64,000 nt of DNA from an uncultured Mediterranea sp. GTDB taxonomy: Bacteria > Bacteroidota > Bacteroidia > Bacteroidales > Bacteroidaceae. The notes under the pieces were generated by a model. The model saw only the letters and a list, made by a program, of their open reading frames with translations, was not told the origin of the DNA and did no database searches. The number at the start of each line of letters is the position of its first letter. Within the stretch, counting starts at the first letter, position 1. The position numbers and the translations under genes were made by a program. The stretch spans positions 56,587 through 120,586 of the forward strand of contig CALZEQ010000002.1 in the NCBI GenBank assembly GCA_945641355.1, read 5' to 3'. This document shows positions 47,010 to 57,221 of this stretch, piece by piece.

Positions 47010-47434
47010 TCCATCTCTTCCATCGTGAGAAGGCGTGAGCCATCCTCTTGTTCCTTCATCTCCACACGTACGGTATGTCCGGGAAGCAGCTCCTCCACCA
47101 GCTCCGGCCACTCGATGAAGCAAAGGGCACCGCTGTAGAAGTAGTCTTCGTACCCCATGTCGTACACCTCTTCCAGCTTCTTGATGCGGTAGAAGTCGAA
47201 GTGGTAAATCAGTTCACCCGTCGAGTCGGAACGATATTCGTTGACAATGGCGAAGGTGGGCGATGTGATGGGATCGGTTACACCCAGCTCTTCGCACAGG
47301 GCTTTGATGAAAGTGGTTTTTCCGGCTCCCATCTTGCCGTAGAAGGCAAACACGGTGTTGTCGCCCATCTCGGCAACAAACCGATGGGCGGCTTCTTGAA
47401 TCTGTTCAAGTGATTGAATGGTAATCTCCAGCAT
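47006..47434 (-). CDS. tsaE: tRNA t6A37 biosynthesis ATPase TsaE
   Basis: 142 aa with the [10 protein letters not shown]-loop and [10 protein letters not shown] motif. Confidence 0.9.
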   Translation of the reverse strand: MLEITIQSLEQIQEAAHRFVAEMGDNTVFAFYGKMGAGKTTFIKALCEELGVTDPITSPTFAIVNEYRSDSTGELIYHFDFYRIKKLEEVYDMGYEDYFYSGALCFIEWPELVEELLPGHTVRVEMKEQEDGSRLLTMEEME

Positions 47435-47471
47435 GGTCTTATGTATGTTTGATGATTTTAGTTGTTCGGCG

Positions 47472-48311
47472 TCAAGGTTTCACTTCTTCCGTACCCTCGT
47501 TCTGCCTGCGGTAGTTCCATAGGCTTTTGCCAGCCTTGCAGAGGGCATAGATGAGGATGGAGAAGAAGATGATGGAAGCTCCCGAAGGAACGTTCAGGTA
47601 GAACGACAGCAACAGCCCGCCCAGACAGCTGAGGTAGCCGATGCCGATGGAGAGGCCGATGATGCGGACAAACCGATGGGTGAAGAGATTGGCCGTCATC
47701 TGGGGAATGGTGAGCAGCGAGATGACCAGCACGATACCTACCATGCGCAGGCAGGCGACGATAGTCAGTGCAATGAACATCATCAGCAGGTACTCGAAGC
47801 GGCTGACGGGAATGCCTTGTGAACGGGCATACTCGCGGTCGAAAGCGATGTAGATGATGGGATGCAGGTAGCGGGCAAAGAAGAGTCCGGTAGCCAGGGC
47901 GATGCCTCCCAGCAGGAGGATGTCCTCCCAGGTAATGGTCAGGATGTTGCCGAAGAGGTAGGCTGACAGGTCGGGGGCAAAGCCGGGGGAGAGAAAGGTG
48001 AAGATGATGCCCAAGGCCATACCCAATGTCCAGAAGACTGCGATGGCCGAGTCCTCACGCATATCCTTCCGCTTGCTGAGCCATTCTACACCGAAGGCCG
48101 ACAATACGGCAAAGAGGCCTGCTGTCAGTATGGGAGGCCATCCGGTATAGAGTCCCAGCCCGATGCCGCCAAACGAGGCATGAGTCAGTCCTCCGCTGAT
48201 AAACACCAGTCGGCGGGTGACGATGTAAGTACCTATCATTCCACAGACAATGCTTGCCAGCAGGCTTCCCAACAACGCATGTTGGAAGAATGTGTATTGC
48301 AGTATCTCCAT
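47472..48311 (-). CDS. Metal (Zn/Mn-type) ABC transporter permease
   Basis: ABC-3 family-like polytopic protein ([19 protein letters not shown]...[13 protein letters not shown]). Confidence 0.75.
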   Translation of the reverse strand: MEILQYTFFQHALLGSLLASIVCGMIGTYIVTRRLVFISGGLTHASFGGIGLGLYTGWPPILTAGLFAVLSAFGVEWLSKRKDMREDSAIAVFWTLGMALGIIFTFLSPGFAPDLSAYLFGNILTITWEDILLLGGIALATGLFFARYLHPIIYIAFDREYARSQGIPVSRFEYLLMMFIALTIVACLRMVGIVLVISLLTIPQMTANLFTHRFVRIIGLSIGIGYLSCLGGLLLSFYLNVPSGASIIFFSILIYALCKAGKSLWNYRRQNEGTEEVKP

Positions 48312-48332
48312 AATTCGTTACCGGTTTGTTTC

Positions 48333-48761
48333 TCAGGCAGGTGTCCCCATCCGTCGTTCACCGATGATGAGGTAGACCTCCTCTTTTAGCTCATCAGGCA
48401 GGTTGATGCCCCGTAGGGTCAGGCTGCGTACCCATCCTGCCACCTCGGTCTCGGCCATGGTATAGAGCACATCACGGAACTCTTCACGCTGTTCGGGCGT
48501 ATAGGCATCCGATGCGGTGCCGATGTAGCGGTCCAGTTCTTCGTCGTCGTAGTACTCTATCCGTTTGCTGACTGCTGCCAGCAGGCTCTCTCGTTCGCAC
48601 ACTTCATGCTGTCCGCAGCACTCCGGGTCTACCGTTTTCACTTCGGGCAACTCCTCCAGTTCGCCGTTCTCCATCTGTTTCTGCAGGCGGCGGTTACGCA
48701 ACACGCCCGCTATGGCTGCTACCACGGCGAGGAGTATCAGACTGATGAGCAATATCCACAT
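48333..48761 (-). CDS. Hypothetical N-terminally anchored protein with a Cys cluster
   Basis: ATG at 48761 (MWILLISLILLAVVAAIAG). CCGQHEVC cluster and an acidic C-terminal part. No family recognised. Confidence 0.45.
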   Translation of the reverse strand: MWILLISLILLAVVAAIAGVLRNRRLQKQMENGELEELPEVKTVDPECCGQHEVCERESLLAAVSKRIEYYDDEELDRYIGTASDAYTPEQREEFRDVLYTMAETEVAGWVRSLTLRGINLPDELKEEVYLIIGERRMGTPA

Positions 48762-48851
48762 CTCTTTTCTAACTCTCTTTTTATTGGTTGGCAAAGATAA
48801 TGTAATTTGAGAGAAGAACTTTCATGCTTGCATGAAAAAGTTTTTTCGCTC

Positions 48852-50099
48852 TCATTCGCAGTACGTTACACCGAATCCGGCAGCCCGCAAGTCATCCCAG
48901 TAGGCAGGGTATGACTTAGATACCACCTCCGGATGGTCGATTCGGAGGTGTGGCACGCAGAGGCAGGTCGGTGCAAAAGCCATCGCCATACGATGATCTT
49001 CGTAGGTGGCAATCAACGGGTCAGCCTCGGCCGGACACCGCTCACCGTTCCAGGAGAGTATGCTGTCCTGCTCCGAATGGATTACATAGCCCAACTTGTG
49101 CAACTCGTTGATGAGGGCTTGTATGCGGTCGGTCTCTTTGATTTTGAGGCTTTGTAGCCCGGTGAAGCGGAAGGGAATGTTCATCAGGCAGCAGGTCACT
49201 ACGAATGTTTGCGCCAGGTCGGGAATCTCCACCAGGTCTTCCACCAACCGTGCCACGGGTACCCCCATCTTGCTGAGACGTACACCTCGGTCGGTGAAGG
49301 CGGTCCGTACACCTAAGCGTGCAAATAGGTCGGCTCCGCGGCTGTCGCCTTGATAGCTGCGGGGAAACAGACCATACAGCTCCACCGAGGGGGCCGGTTC
49401 CTCTTCACAGGTGGGCATCAGGGCCATCATCTGGTACCAGTAGGAGGCAGCGCTCCAGTCGCTTTCCACCGTAAAGGGGGTGTCACGGTAACCGCCCGGT
49501 TTCACGACGATGCGGTCTGCACTCTCCCAAGCGGCCTGGGCACCGAAGTCGCGCATCAGCTGCAAGGTCAGGTCAATGTAGGGACGTGATACGATGTCTC
49601 CCGTCAAATGCAGGCGAAGACCGTGTGGTAGGACGGCCCCCAGCATCAGTAGGGCAGAGATGTATTGCGAGCTGACATTGCCGGCCAGTGTCACAGCCTC
49701 TCCCTGCAGGCGGCTGCCGGTAATGAGCAGGGGCGGGAAGCCTTCATTGCCGGCGTAGGCAATGTCGGCTCCCAATGAGCGGAGAGCATCTACCAGTATG
49801 CGGATGGGACGTTGCTGCATCCGTTGGGTACCCGTCAGCAGACGGGTACCTGGGGTTACACTGAGGTAGGCGGTAAGGAACCGCATGGCGGTACCCGCAG
49901 CCAATATGTCTATTTCAGCAGCGTTCCCTTCCAGAGCACGTATCATGACTCGTGTGTCATCACAGTCGCTCAGGTTCACCGGGCGATGGGTACCTTGTGC
50001 CAAGGCATGAAGTATCAATGCCCGGTTGCTGATGCTTTTGGATGCCGGCAGGCGCAAGGCGGTGGCCAAGTGCTCCGGCGCTGTTAGTCTGTATTGCAT
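48852..50099 (-). CDS. aroA: 3-phosphoshikimate 1-carboxyvinyltransferase (EPSP synthase)
   Basis: LPASKSISNRALIL N-terminal motif and an EPSP-synthase-like length of 415 aa. Confidence 0.85.
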   Translation of the reverse strand: MQYRLTAPEHLATALRLPASKSISNRALILHALAQGTHRPVNLSDCDDTRVMIRALEGNAAEIDILAAGTAMRFLTAYLSVTPGTRLLTGTQRMQQRPIRILVDALRSLGADIAYAGNEGFPPLLITGSRLQGEAVTLAGNVSSQYISALLMLGAVLPHGLRLHLTGDIVSRPYIDLTLQLMRDFGAQAAWESADRIVVKPGGYRDTPFTVESDWSAASYWYQMMALMPTCEEEPAPSVELYGLFPRSYQGDSRGADLFARLGVRTAFTDRGVRLSKMGVPVARLVEDLVEIPDLAQTFVVTCCLMNIPFRFTGLQSLKIKETDRIQALINELHKLGYVIHSEQDSILSWNGERCPAEADPLIATYEDHRMAMAFAPTCLCVPHLRIDHPEVVSKSYPAYWDDLRAAGFGVTYCE

Positions 50100-50106
50100 G
50101 TGTGTG

Positions 50107-53100
50107 TCAGTTAGTAATCTCTTTCAATAGTTCCTCTACGGCTGTTCTCAGCTGCGTGTCTTCCCCTTTGGCAATGCGTTCCGGTGCATTGGCCACCCGA
50201 ATGTCAGGCTCCAGCTGGCGGTTTTCCAGGTAGCCGCCGTCAGGCAATTGATAGCCCACAACGGGGATGCCGAAGTAGAGGGAGGGATCCTGCAGCGTTT
50301 CCCACGATACGCTGGTCATGGTTCCCGGTACAGGCATACCCACCAGACGTCCTATTTCGCGGTGCCGGTAGACCCACGGCGTGCCGTGTGCATTCGAATA
50401 GTTGGATTCGCAGATCAGCATGATGGAAGGCTTGTTCCATCGGCGGCTGGGCATGTCGCAGGCTTCGCGCCCGCGTACCACCTGTGTGAAGTACTTCTGT
50501 CCGCTGAAGAGTATCTCAATGTCTTCGTGCAGACGGCCACCGCCGTTGAAGCGGGTATCGATGACGATGCCTTCGCAATGGTTGTAACGTCCCAAAATAT
50601 CGGAGTAGACATTGCGGAAACTCTCGTCACCCATGGAACGGATGTGGACGTAGCCCAAACGTCCGCCCGACCAACGCTCTACATCGGCAGCACGTTGCTT
50701 CACCCAACGTTGATAGAGCAGGTCGGAGAGTTTGCCACTGCTGACGGGCAGTACCACTTCGTCCCAGCGTCGGCCGCTCTGCGGATCGAACAACGAAACC
50801 AGTACCTTCTTGCGGGCTTTTCCGTTGAGTGGCTCGATGCAGTCTGCAGTGGCCGTCAGTGCAATGCCGTCTATTGCTTCGATGATGCAGCCGGCTTTCA
50901 CCTGCGAGTTGGCTTGGTCAAAGGGTCCCTTCTCCAGTACCTCGCTGATGCGAAGTCCGTCGCCTTGGTAACTCCAGTCGTAGAGCAGGCCGAGAGAGGC
51001 TGTCGGCTCCTCAGCCGCCGGAGCGCGGTATCCGCTGCCGGTATGCGAGACGTTCAGTTCGCCCAGCCATTCGCTCAGCAGCTCGGAGAAGTCGTAGTTG
51101 TTGTTGATGTGGGGCAGGAACTTCCGGTAGGCTTCGCACATGGCTTCCCAGTCTACACCGTGCATGTTGGTGTTGTAGAACCGCCTCTTCTCCTGCCGGT
51201 AGACATGCTCGAACATATAGGCACGCTCTTCGGCCAAGTCCATCTTCAGTTCGGCCTGATAGCGGATGGGGGTCAGCTTGTCACCCGAAGTGGCCAGCTG
51301 TTGCATACTGCGTCCGCCCAATACAAAGATGTGCTTTCCCTCCTTGTCTTGCTGCAGATGGCTCCATCCGGCATCCATCTTGTGCAGCAGTTTGGTCTCC
51401 TTCTTGCGCAGGTCCATCTTCCAGAGGTCGAAGCCTTTCTCGAAAGAGGAGAGGTAGTAGAGTGATTCGCCGTCGTCAGAGAGCAGTGCGTCTGCCAGGT
51501 TGGATGAGTTGGGTGTCAGCCGGACAAAACGGTCGGCCAGTCCCTCCCAGTCAATGGTGACCGGTTCGGTCTGTTTCTCCTCTTCGTCCTCCTTCTCCTC
51601 CTTGCTCTCTTTGCTTTTCTTCTTGCCCTTGTCGTCAGCGGTCTTCTTCAGTTTTTTCTGTTCTTTCTCCAGTTCCTTTTTCAGCTCGTAGTCCTCTTTG
51701 CTGAGGCAGTACTTGTCGTATGCGTCCCGATTCAGGAACAGCAGCATGGCATCTTGCTGCGACCCCCAGGAGGCGTGTGCCCGCATACCGTAACGTTCGC
51801 TCAGGAAGAGGATGGCATTGCCTTTCATCACGAAACGGGGCGATTCGCTGCTGTATCCGCTGTTGGTCAGATTAGTGATGGAGCCACCTTGTGCACTGAC
51901 CAGTCCGATGTCGCTATAGGGGTCGTGGCGGTTGCCGATGAACTCCAGCGTGAACCATTGTCCGTCGGGCGACCACGAGTAGCTGAATCCGCCTCCCGTG
52001 CTGTACCATTGCGAACCGTCCGTCACTTGGCGGGTCTGTCGTGTCTCTAAGTTCAGCACCATCAGTCGCGAACGATCTTCGATGTAGGCCAGCTCCTTAC
52101 CGTCGGGCGAGAACTGGGGATGAGCCCGTTCGATGCTCTTCGAGGGGAGTATCACCTCCTCTTCAATGCGGGTGGCATTGGGGAAGTTCGTTTCCTCCGT
52201 ACGGGTCAGTCGGGCCAGGCAGAGTTGCCAGTTGCCGTTGCGTTCGGTGGCATAGGCCAGCGTTCGTCCGTCGGGGGCAAAGTCAGGAGAGGCTTCAGCT
52301 GCAGCGGTATGTGTAATCTGTTTGGTTGTATTATACTCTACTGAGGTGACAAACACTTCACCGCGTACGACGAAAGCTATCTGCTTGCCGTCGGCTGAAG
52401 CAGTGGCCGAGGTGGCTCCACTGCTGTATGAGAGGTGTGCCGGTGCCTGGAAGTCGTCGCGCACCAGGTCAATGGCCACCTTCTTCGGTGTGTCGTCGGG
52501 CCGTTGCGTGTATAGCTCGCCGTCGTAGGCGTAGCACAGTGTCCCCTCACGGGCAATAGACAGGAAGCGTACGGGGTGCGTCTGGAAGTGAGTGACAGCT
52601 TGCACGTCGCCACTTCCCGTCGCCGGCATGGCGTACACATTGAATGAGCCGCCGTTGCGTTCGCTCAGGAAGTAGAGCGTCTTTCCGTCCGGTGACAGGA
52701 CGGGGTTGCGGTCCTCGCCTCCCCGGTGAGTCAGGTTGGTATGCTGTCCGGAGGTGGTGTCGTACACCCAGAGGTCACGTGTGATGGAGGAGGTGTGGTG
52801 CTTGCGCCACTCATTCTCTCCCCCTTTGCGATCCTGGTAGTAGAAGCGCGTACCGCTTTGGTTCCAGCATACCGCTTCGGCCGGTGTAGGCAGCACCTGT
52901 TCGATGCGTCCGCCGCCGGTGGGCACCCGATAAAGCTCCGTCATGGCGTTGCTGGGGAACAGGGCACTCTGTGCGGGGTCTTGTATCGTGGCCGAGAAGT
53001 ACAGGTACTTGCCGTCGGGGCTGAAGGTCCAGGGGCATTCGCGTCCCGAGTAGGTAGTGAGGCGTGTGGCCTGTCCGCCTGCAGCAGGCATCACGAAGAG

Positions 53101-53364
53101 GTCTTCGCTGCCATAGCGGTCGCTGGCAAAGGCAATTTGGGTTCCGTCGGGACTCCAGACCGGGCTGCATTCATAACTCTCCTGTGATGTCAGCCGGATG
53201 GCGCTGCCTCCGTTGGCCGCTACCCGGTAGATGTCCCCCTTGTAGCAGAAGGCGATGTGTTGTCCGTCCGGCGAGATGCGTGCGTCACGCAACCAAAGCG
53301 GTGTGCTGCTGTATGCGCCCAGGGTCAGCAGGGCGGCAGCCATTGTTATCAAACTTTTTTTCAT
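50107..53364 (-). CDS. Tricorn-like S41 peptidase with TolB-type beta-propeller repeats and a PDZ domain
   Basis: Signal peptide, repeated SPDG(K/Q/T) propeller blades, a PDZ-like region, and the C-terminal S41 core (VIDTRFNGGG). Confidence 0.8.
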   Translation of the reverse strand: MKKSLITMAAALLTLGAYSSTPLWLRDARISPDGQHIAFCYKGDIYRVAANGGSAIRLTSQESYECSPVWSPDGTQIAFASDRYGSEDLFVMPAAGGQATRLTTYSGRECPWTFSPDGKYLYFSATIQDPAQSALFPSNAMTELYRVPTGGGRIEQVLPTPAEAVCWNQSGTRFYYQDRKGGENEWRKHHTSSITRDLWVYDTTSGQHTNLTHRGGEDRNPVLSPDGKTLYFLSERNGGSFNVYAMPATGSGDVQAVTHFQTHPVRFLSIAREGTLCYAYDGELYTQRPDDTPKKVAIDLVRDDFQAPAHLSYSSGATSATASADGKQIAFVVRGEVFVTSVEYNTTKQITHTAAAEASPDFAPDGRTLAYATERNGNWQLCLARLTRTEETNFPNATRIEEEVILPSKSIERAHPQFSPDGKELAYIEDRSRLMVLNLETRQTRQVTDGSQWYSTGGGFSYSWSPDGQWFTLEFIGNRHDPYSDIGLVSAQGGSITNLTNSGYSSESPRFVMKGNAILFLSERYGMRAHASWGSQQDAMLLFLNRDAYDKYCLSKEDYELKKELEKEQKKLKKTADDKGKKKSKESKEEKEDEEEKQTEPVTIDWEGLADRFVRLTPNSSNLADALLSDDGESLYYLSSFEKGFDLWKMDLRKKETKLLHKMDAGWSHLQQDKEGKHIFVLGGRSMQQLATSGDKLTPIRYQAELKMDLAEERAYMFEHVYRQEKRRFYNTNMHGVDWEAMCEAYRKFLPHINNNYDFSELLSEWLGELNVSHTGSGYRAPAAEEPTASLGLLYDWSYQGDGLRISEVLEKGPFDQANSQVKAGCIIEAIDGIALTATADCIEPLNGKARKKVLVSLFDPQSGRRWDEVVLPVSSGKLSDLLYQRWVKQRAADVERWSGGRLGYVHIRSMGDESFRNVYSDILGRYNHCEGIVIDTRFNGGGRLHEDIEILFSGQKYFTQVVRGREACDMPSRRWNKPSIMLICESNYSNAHGTPWVYRHREIGRLVGMPVPGTMTSVSWETLQDPSLYFGIPVVGYQLPDGGYLENRQLEPDIRVANAPERIAKGEDTQLRTAVEELLKEITN

Positions 53365-53387
53365 AGATATGTCCTTGTTATTAATGG

Positions 53388-54170
53388 TTATTTCATTCCT
53401 CTTGCCTGATATACTTTCTCTTTGGCTGCGTTGATGGCCTGCATCTTCTCTTCGGATGCCCGGCGGATGTCATCCCCCAGCGTGGCTACCCGGTCGGGAT
53501 GGTGTTTCAGTACCAGACGCTTATAGGCTGCGCGTACCTCATCGTTGGTGGCCGTGGGCGATACCTCCAGTACCCGGTAGGCTTCGTCCAGGGTGTTGCC
53601 GCCCAGGTTGAGCAGGGAGTCCACCTCGCCGGTAGAGAGGTTCATGGCACCGGCTACCTCGCGTAGGGCATCCAGCTCCTCTTGGCATACTTTTCCGTCG
53701 CTCTTGGCAATTTCCACCAGAAAAGCCAGCAGTTGCAGGCGTTCTTCATGGTTCAGGTTCATGGCTATCTGCTGGCCACATTCGCGGATGGTGGTTCGGA
53801 AGGCTTGCGGGTTGACCGCATCCATCCGCTTGCGTTCTTCGAAGAGGCGCAACAGAATCTGTTCGCCTTCGGCCACGGCACTCTCTCCGAAGTTCTGTCG
53901 GAGAAAGCGGCGTACATACTCCATCTCGCTGTGCATGATGCGCCCGTCGGCCCGAATGATGTAGGATGCCATGACGAGCAGCGAAAAGAGGAAGCTGTTG
54001 CGTTGTCCTTGTCCGGTCGGTGCCTCCTGACGGGGTGTATAGCTGCCCTCTGTCGAAGAAGCCGTGTAGTTGGTCTCAAACAGGGAGCCCAAAGCATATC
54101 CGGCCAAGGCCCCCAACGGTCCGCCGGCCATAAAGCCGATGATACCGCCTATCCATTTTGCTGCGCCCAT
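53388..54170 (-). CDS. DjlA-like co-chaperone (glycine-zipper TM + TerB-like domain + C-terminal J domain)
   Basis: GGIIGFMAGGPLGALAGYALG N-terminus. J domain EAYRVLEVSPTATNDEVRAAYKRLVLKHHPDRV with the HPD motif. Confidence 0.8.
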   Translation of the reverse strand: MGAAKWIGGIIGFMAGGPLGALAGYALGSLFETNYTASSTEGSYTPRQEAPTGQGQRNSFLFSLLVMASYIIRADGRIMHSEMEYVRRFLRQNFGESAVAEGEQILLRLFEERKRMDAVNPQAFRTTIRECGQQIAMNLNHEERLQLLAFLVEIAKSDGKVCQEELDALREVAGAMNLSTGEVDSLLNLGGNTLDEAYRVLEVSPTATNDEVRAAYKRLVLKHHPDRVATLGDDIRRASEEKMQAINAAKEKVYQARGMK

Positions 54171-54180
54171 GATTCAGTTA

Positions 54181-56820
54181 TTAGTTGTCGATGGTAATCC
54201 ACATCCGTTGCAGACTTTCGTCCTGCGAGTCTCCACCCACCATCACTTCGTAGCGTCCAGCCAGCGGACGCATCGTGTTGCTTTCGTTGTCCCACCATTC
54301 CAGTGCCTTGGGTGCAATCTCTACCGACACCGTCCGGCTCTCTCCGGCAGCGAGGTGTACGCGGCTGAATCCGCGCAGTGCCTTGATGGGGCCGTCGGTA
54401 TCGCCTTCGCGACGCAGGTACACCTGCACCACTTCGTCACCGTCCACGGTACCGGTATTGCTGAGGGGAACGGTCAGCTTCAGCGGTTCACCGCATTTCA
54501 GGTCATTGCGTTCGGCCTTCACCTCTCCATAGCGGAAGGTTGTATAACTCAATCCGTAGCCGAAGGGGAAGAGCGGCTTCTCTTGCAGGTAGCGGTAGGT
54601 ACGCCCCTTCATATTGTAATCCTCAAAGTCGGGCAGTTGGGCCGTGTTGCGGTAGAAGGTGACGGGCAGCCGTCCGCCGGGGTTGTAGCTGCCGAACAGT
54701 GCCTCGGCTACGGCCTGTCCGCCGGCTTGTCCCGGGTACCATGCCTGCAGGATGGCCTGGCAGTTGCGTGTCTCCGGCTCCAACCCGATGGGCGAGCCCG
54801 AGCAGTTCACCAATACGATGCGCTTGCCGGCTCGTGCCAAGGCGGCAATCAGTTCCCGCTGTACAGCCGGCAGCTCGATGTCTGTGCGGTCGCCTCCTCG
54901 GAATCCGGGCAGCTTCACGCCCATCTCCTCACCCTCCAACGAGGGGGATATGCCGCTTACGAATACCACGATGTCGGCCTCTTTGACGGCGGCCACACTG
55001 CCGGCAATATCCACTTCCTGTTTGAATCCAAGGTCGAAGTTCAGTTGGGCATCTCCCTGCAGGTACTCGAAGTCCAGTTCGATTTCTATCGGTTTTCCTG
55101 CCTGCACGGCCTGGGTATAGGTGCTCTTCTTCCCACCGTGTCTGTTTCTGAACTTGCGTACCTCTTCACCGTTGATGCGCAGGCAACCGCTTCCGTAGGC
55201 ATAGATTTCCATCTCAATCTCTCCCGTGCGGTCGGGCATGTAGGTGCTGCGATAGGTGGCCGAGAAGTCGGTCAGGTTGACACCGGGGGCAAACACTGTG
55301 GCACCCGATGTGCAGAAGCGGAACGGAGTGGTAATCTGGTCGGTGGCAACCGGCTCGCCGCTACGATCCGTGTTGTTCCAGTAGGTGGCATGGAAGCCTT
55401 TGCCCTCGGGTGTCTGACAATGGTCGAAGGCACTTTGCGGCAGGGTGCGCTCTACCCACGAGCATCCGGGCTCGTAGATGAGGCGGTCGTCGCTGCCCAA
55501 GGCCCGGCGGATGCCTTCCAGTATGGTGATGGTGTGGAGCGGGGTGCCGTTGTAGTTGCCCCATTGCATGACGCTGTCGTTGGCATTGGGCCCCATGACG
55601 GCTACGGTCAGCCCTCCCTTTTTCAGCGGCAGGATGTGGTCGTTGTTCTGCAGCAATACCAGCGAGCGGCGTGCCATCTCCAGCGAGAGGTCATTGTGCT
55701 CCTGGCTGGCTACGGTCGAATAGGGAATGCGGGTCCATGATACTTCTGCTGGGTCATCCATTTCGCCTAAGGCAAAGCGTGCCCGCAGCAGGCGGTGGAT
55801 GCTGACGTCGATGTCCGACTCCTTGATTTTTCCTTCGGCTACAGCCTGCATCAGTGCCTTGTAGCTGGAGCCGCACTCCAGGTCGGTGCCGCTCAGCACG
55901 GCGGCTGCCGAGGCCGATGCCGCGTCTGCATGAGTGCCGTGCCGTCCCTCCCGATAGAAGTCGTCGATGGCTCCGCAGTCAGAGAGGATGATGCCCTGGT
56001 AACCCCAGTCGTTGCGCAGTATCTGTGTGAGCAGACGGTCGCTGCCGCAGCAGGGGTCTCCCTCTAATCGGTTATAGGCACACATCACCTCTTGTACGCC
56101 TCCCTCCTTCACCAGTGCTTCGAAGGGATAGAGATAGGTCTCGTGCAGTTCGCGCGGAACGATGTTCTCGGCATTGAACTGATGGCGGTTCCATTCCGGT
56201 CCGGAATGTACGGCGAAGTGCTTGGCACAGGCATGGAGCTTGTCGTAGCGTCCGTCGTTTGTCCCTTGCAGACCCTTGACCACCTGCACGCCCATGCGTG
56301 CGGTCAGGTAGGGGTCTTCACCGTAGGTCTCGATGCCGCGTCCCCAGCGCGGGTCGCGGAAGATGTTGACGGTCGGGGTCCAGAAGGTCAGACCCTGGTA
56401 GCGCTGATACTCTCCCTCGGCAGCATAGCGGGTGTTCTTGGCCCGTGCCTCGTCGGACACGGCGGTGAATACCTGCTCCAGCAGGTCGGGGTCGAAGCTG
56501 GCAGCCATGCCGATGGGTTGCGGGAATACGGTAGCCAGTCCGGCCCGTGCCACTCCATGCAGTGCTTCGTTCCACCAGTTGTAGGGCTTGATGCCCAGCC
56601 GCTCTACCGGTTGGGAGCTGTCCATCATCAGTGAAACTTTCTCTTCCAGCGTCAGCTCCTTTAGCAGCAGGTCGGCCCGTTGGTCGGGCGATAGTGCGCT
56701 GTTTTTATACGATGATGATTGTGCACATCCTGTCAGCAGCAAGGCTGTCAGCAGATAGGTGTGGCAACTCATAGAAAACGAGTGCCGGTGTGAAGGCTGT
56801 CGTAAGCTGTTTCTTTTCAT
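54181..56820 (-). CDS. Glycoside hydrolase family 3 (beta-glucosidase/beta-xylosidase type) with an inserted PA14-like domain
   Basis: GH3 motifs (FRDPRWGR; nucleophile region GIILSDCGAI) and a PA14-like insert (FHATYWNN...). Start at MKRNSL (56820) or MSCHTYLL (56772), with lipobox LTGC. Confidence 0.85.
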   Translation of the reverse strand: MKRNSLRQPSHRHSFSMSCHTYLLTALLLTGCAQSSSYKNSALSPDQRADLLLKELTLEEKVSLMMDSSQPVERLGIKPYNWWNEALHGVARAGLATVFPQPIGMAASFDPDLLEQVFTAVSDEARAKNTRYAAEGEYQRYQGLTFWTPTVNIFRDPRWGRGIETYGEDPYLTARMGVQVVKGLQGTNDGRYDKLHACAKHFAVHSGPEWNRHQFNAENIVPRELHETYLYPFEALVKEGGVQEVMCAYNRLEGDPCCGSDRLLTQILRNDWGYQGIILSDCGAIDDFYREGRHGTHADAASASAAAVLSGTDLECGSSYKALMQAVAEGKIKESDIDVSIHRLLRARFALGEMDDPAEVSWTRIPYSTVASQEHNDLSLEMARRSLVLLQNNDHILPLKKGGLTVAVMGPNANDSVMQWGNYNGTPLHTITILEGIRRALGSDDRLIYEPGCSWVERTLPQSAFDHCQTPEGKGFHATYWNNTDRSGEPVATDQITTPFRFCTSGATVFAPGVNLTDFSATYRSTYMPDRTGEIEMEIYAYGSGCLRINGEEVRKFRNRHGGKKSTYTQAVQAGKPIEIELDFEYLQGDAQLNFDLGFKQEVDIAGSVAAVKEADIVVFVSGISPSLEGEEMGVKLPGFRGGDRTDIELPAVQRELIAALARAGKRIVLVNCSGSPIGLEPETRNCQAILQAWYPGQAGGQAVAEALFGSYNPGGRLPVTFYRNTAQLPDFEDYNMKGRTYRYLQEKPLFPFGYGLSYTTFRYGEVKAERNDLKCGEPLKLTVPLSNTGTVDGDEVVQVYLRREGDTDGPIKALRGFSRVHLAAGESRTVSVEIAPKALEWWDNESNTMRPLAGRYEVMVGGDSQDESLQRMWITIDN

Positions 56821-56904
56821 ATTGTCAATCAATAAGGTAATAGTAGTTGTTTGGACGCTCAAAGGTAAGCAATTCTTTGCTACGCACAAAATCTTTTTTC
56901 ACAT

Positions 56905-57221
56905 TCATCCGCATTGGCTGATTATCCACTCCCCGATTGTTCGCCTCTCCGAGTCGAAGTTGATGCCCACCTTCACTATAGGCAGACCACAGAGGGCAAA
57001 CTTTGACTTGTAGTCCTTTAGGTCTATCTGATTCAAGGCGGCTTCAGCACTCTTGTTAAGTTTCAGCTCGAAGAGGTAGAGGGTGGTTTTGGTTTGAAGT
57101 ACCATATCCACACGTCCCACTTTGCTTAGCACAGGATATTCCACCCACTCCTTTTCGACGCAATGACTTTCTCAAATGTCTGTATGCCCACGGGCAGCCG
57201 TTTCAGTTGCTTCTTATCCAT
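56905..57221 (-). pseudogene. Remnant of an AAA-ATPase-like/PD-(D/E)xK (PDDEXK_9-type) gene with a large internal deletion
   Basis: Family-typical N-terminus MDKKQLKRLPVGIQTFEKVI from the ATG at 57221. About 25 codons later, in a different frame, comes the family-typical C-terminus (GRVDMVLQTKTTLYLFELKLNKSAEAALNQI...VGINFDSERRTIGEW). The central ~400 aa are absent. Confidence 0.65.

Noticed and set aside
54070-55740. A 556-aa ORF antisense to the GH3 gene. The same judgement applies to 14160-15506 and 16515-17639 (opposite dnaE), 28513-29664 (opposite galM), 42943-43950 (opposite susC), 50248-51465 (opposite the protease) and 62160-63548 (opposite the TPR gene).
   Set aside because: All are nested opposite strongly supported genes, lack recognisable motifs or signal features, and have skewed low-complexity composition.
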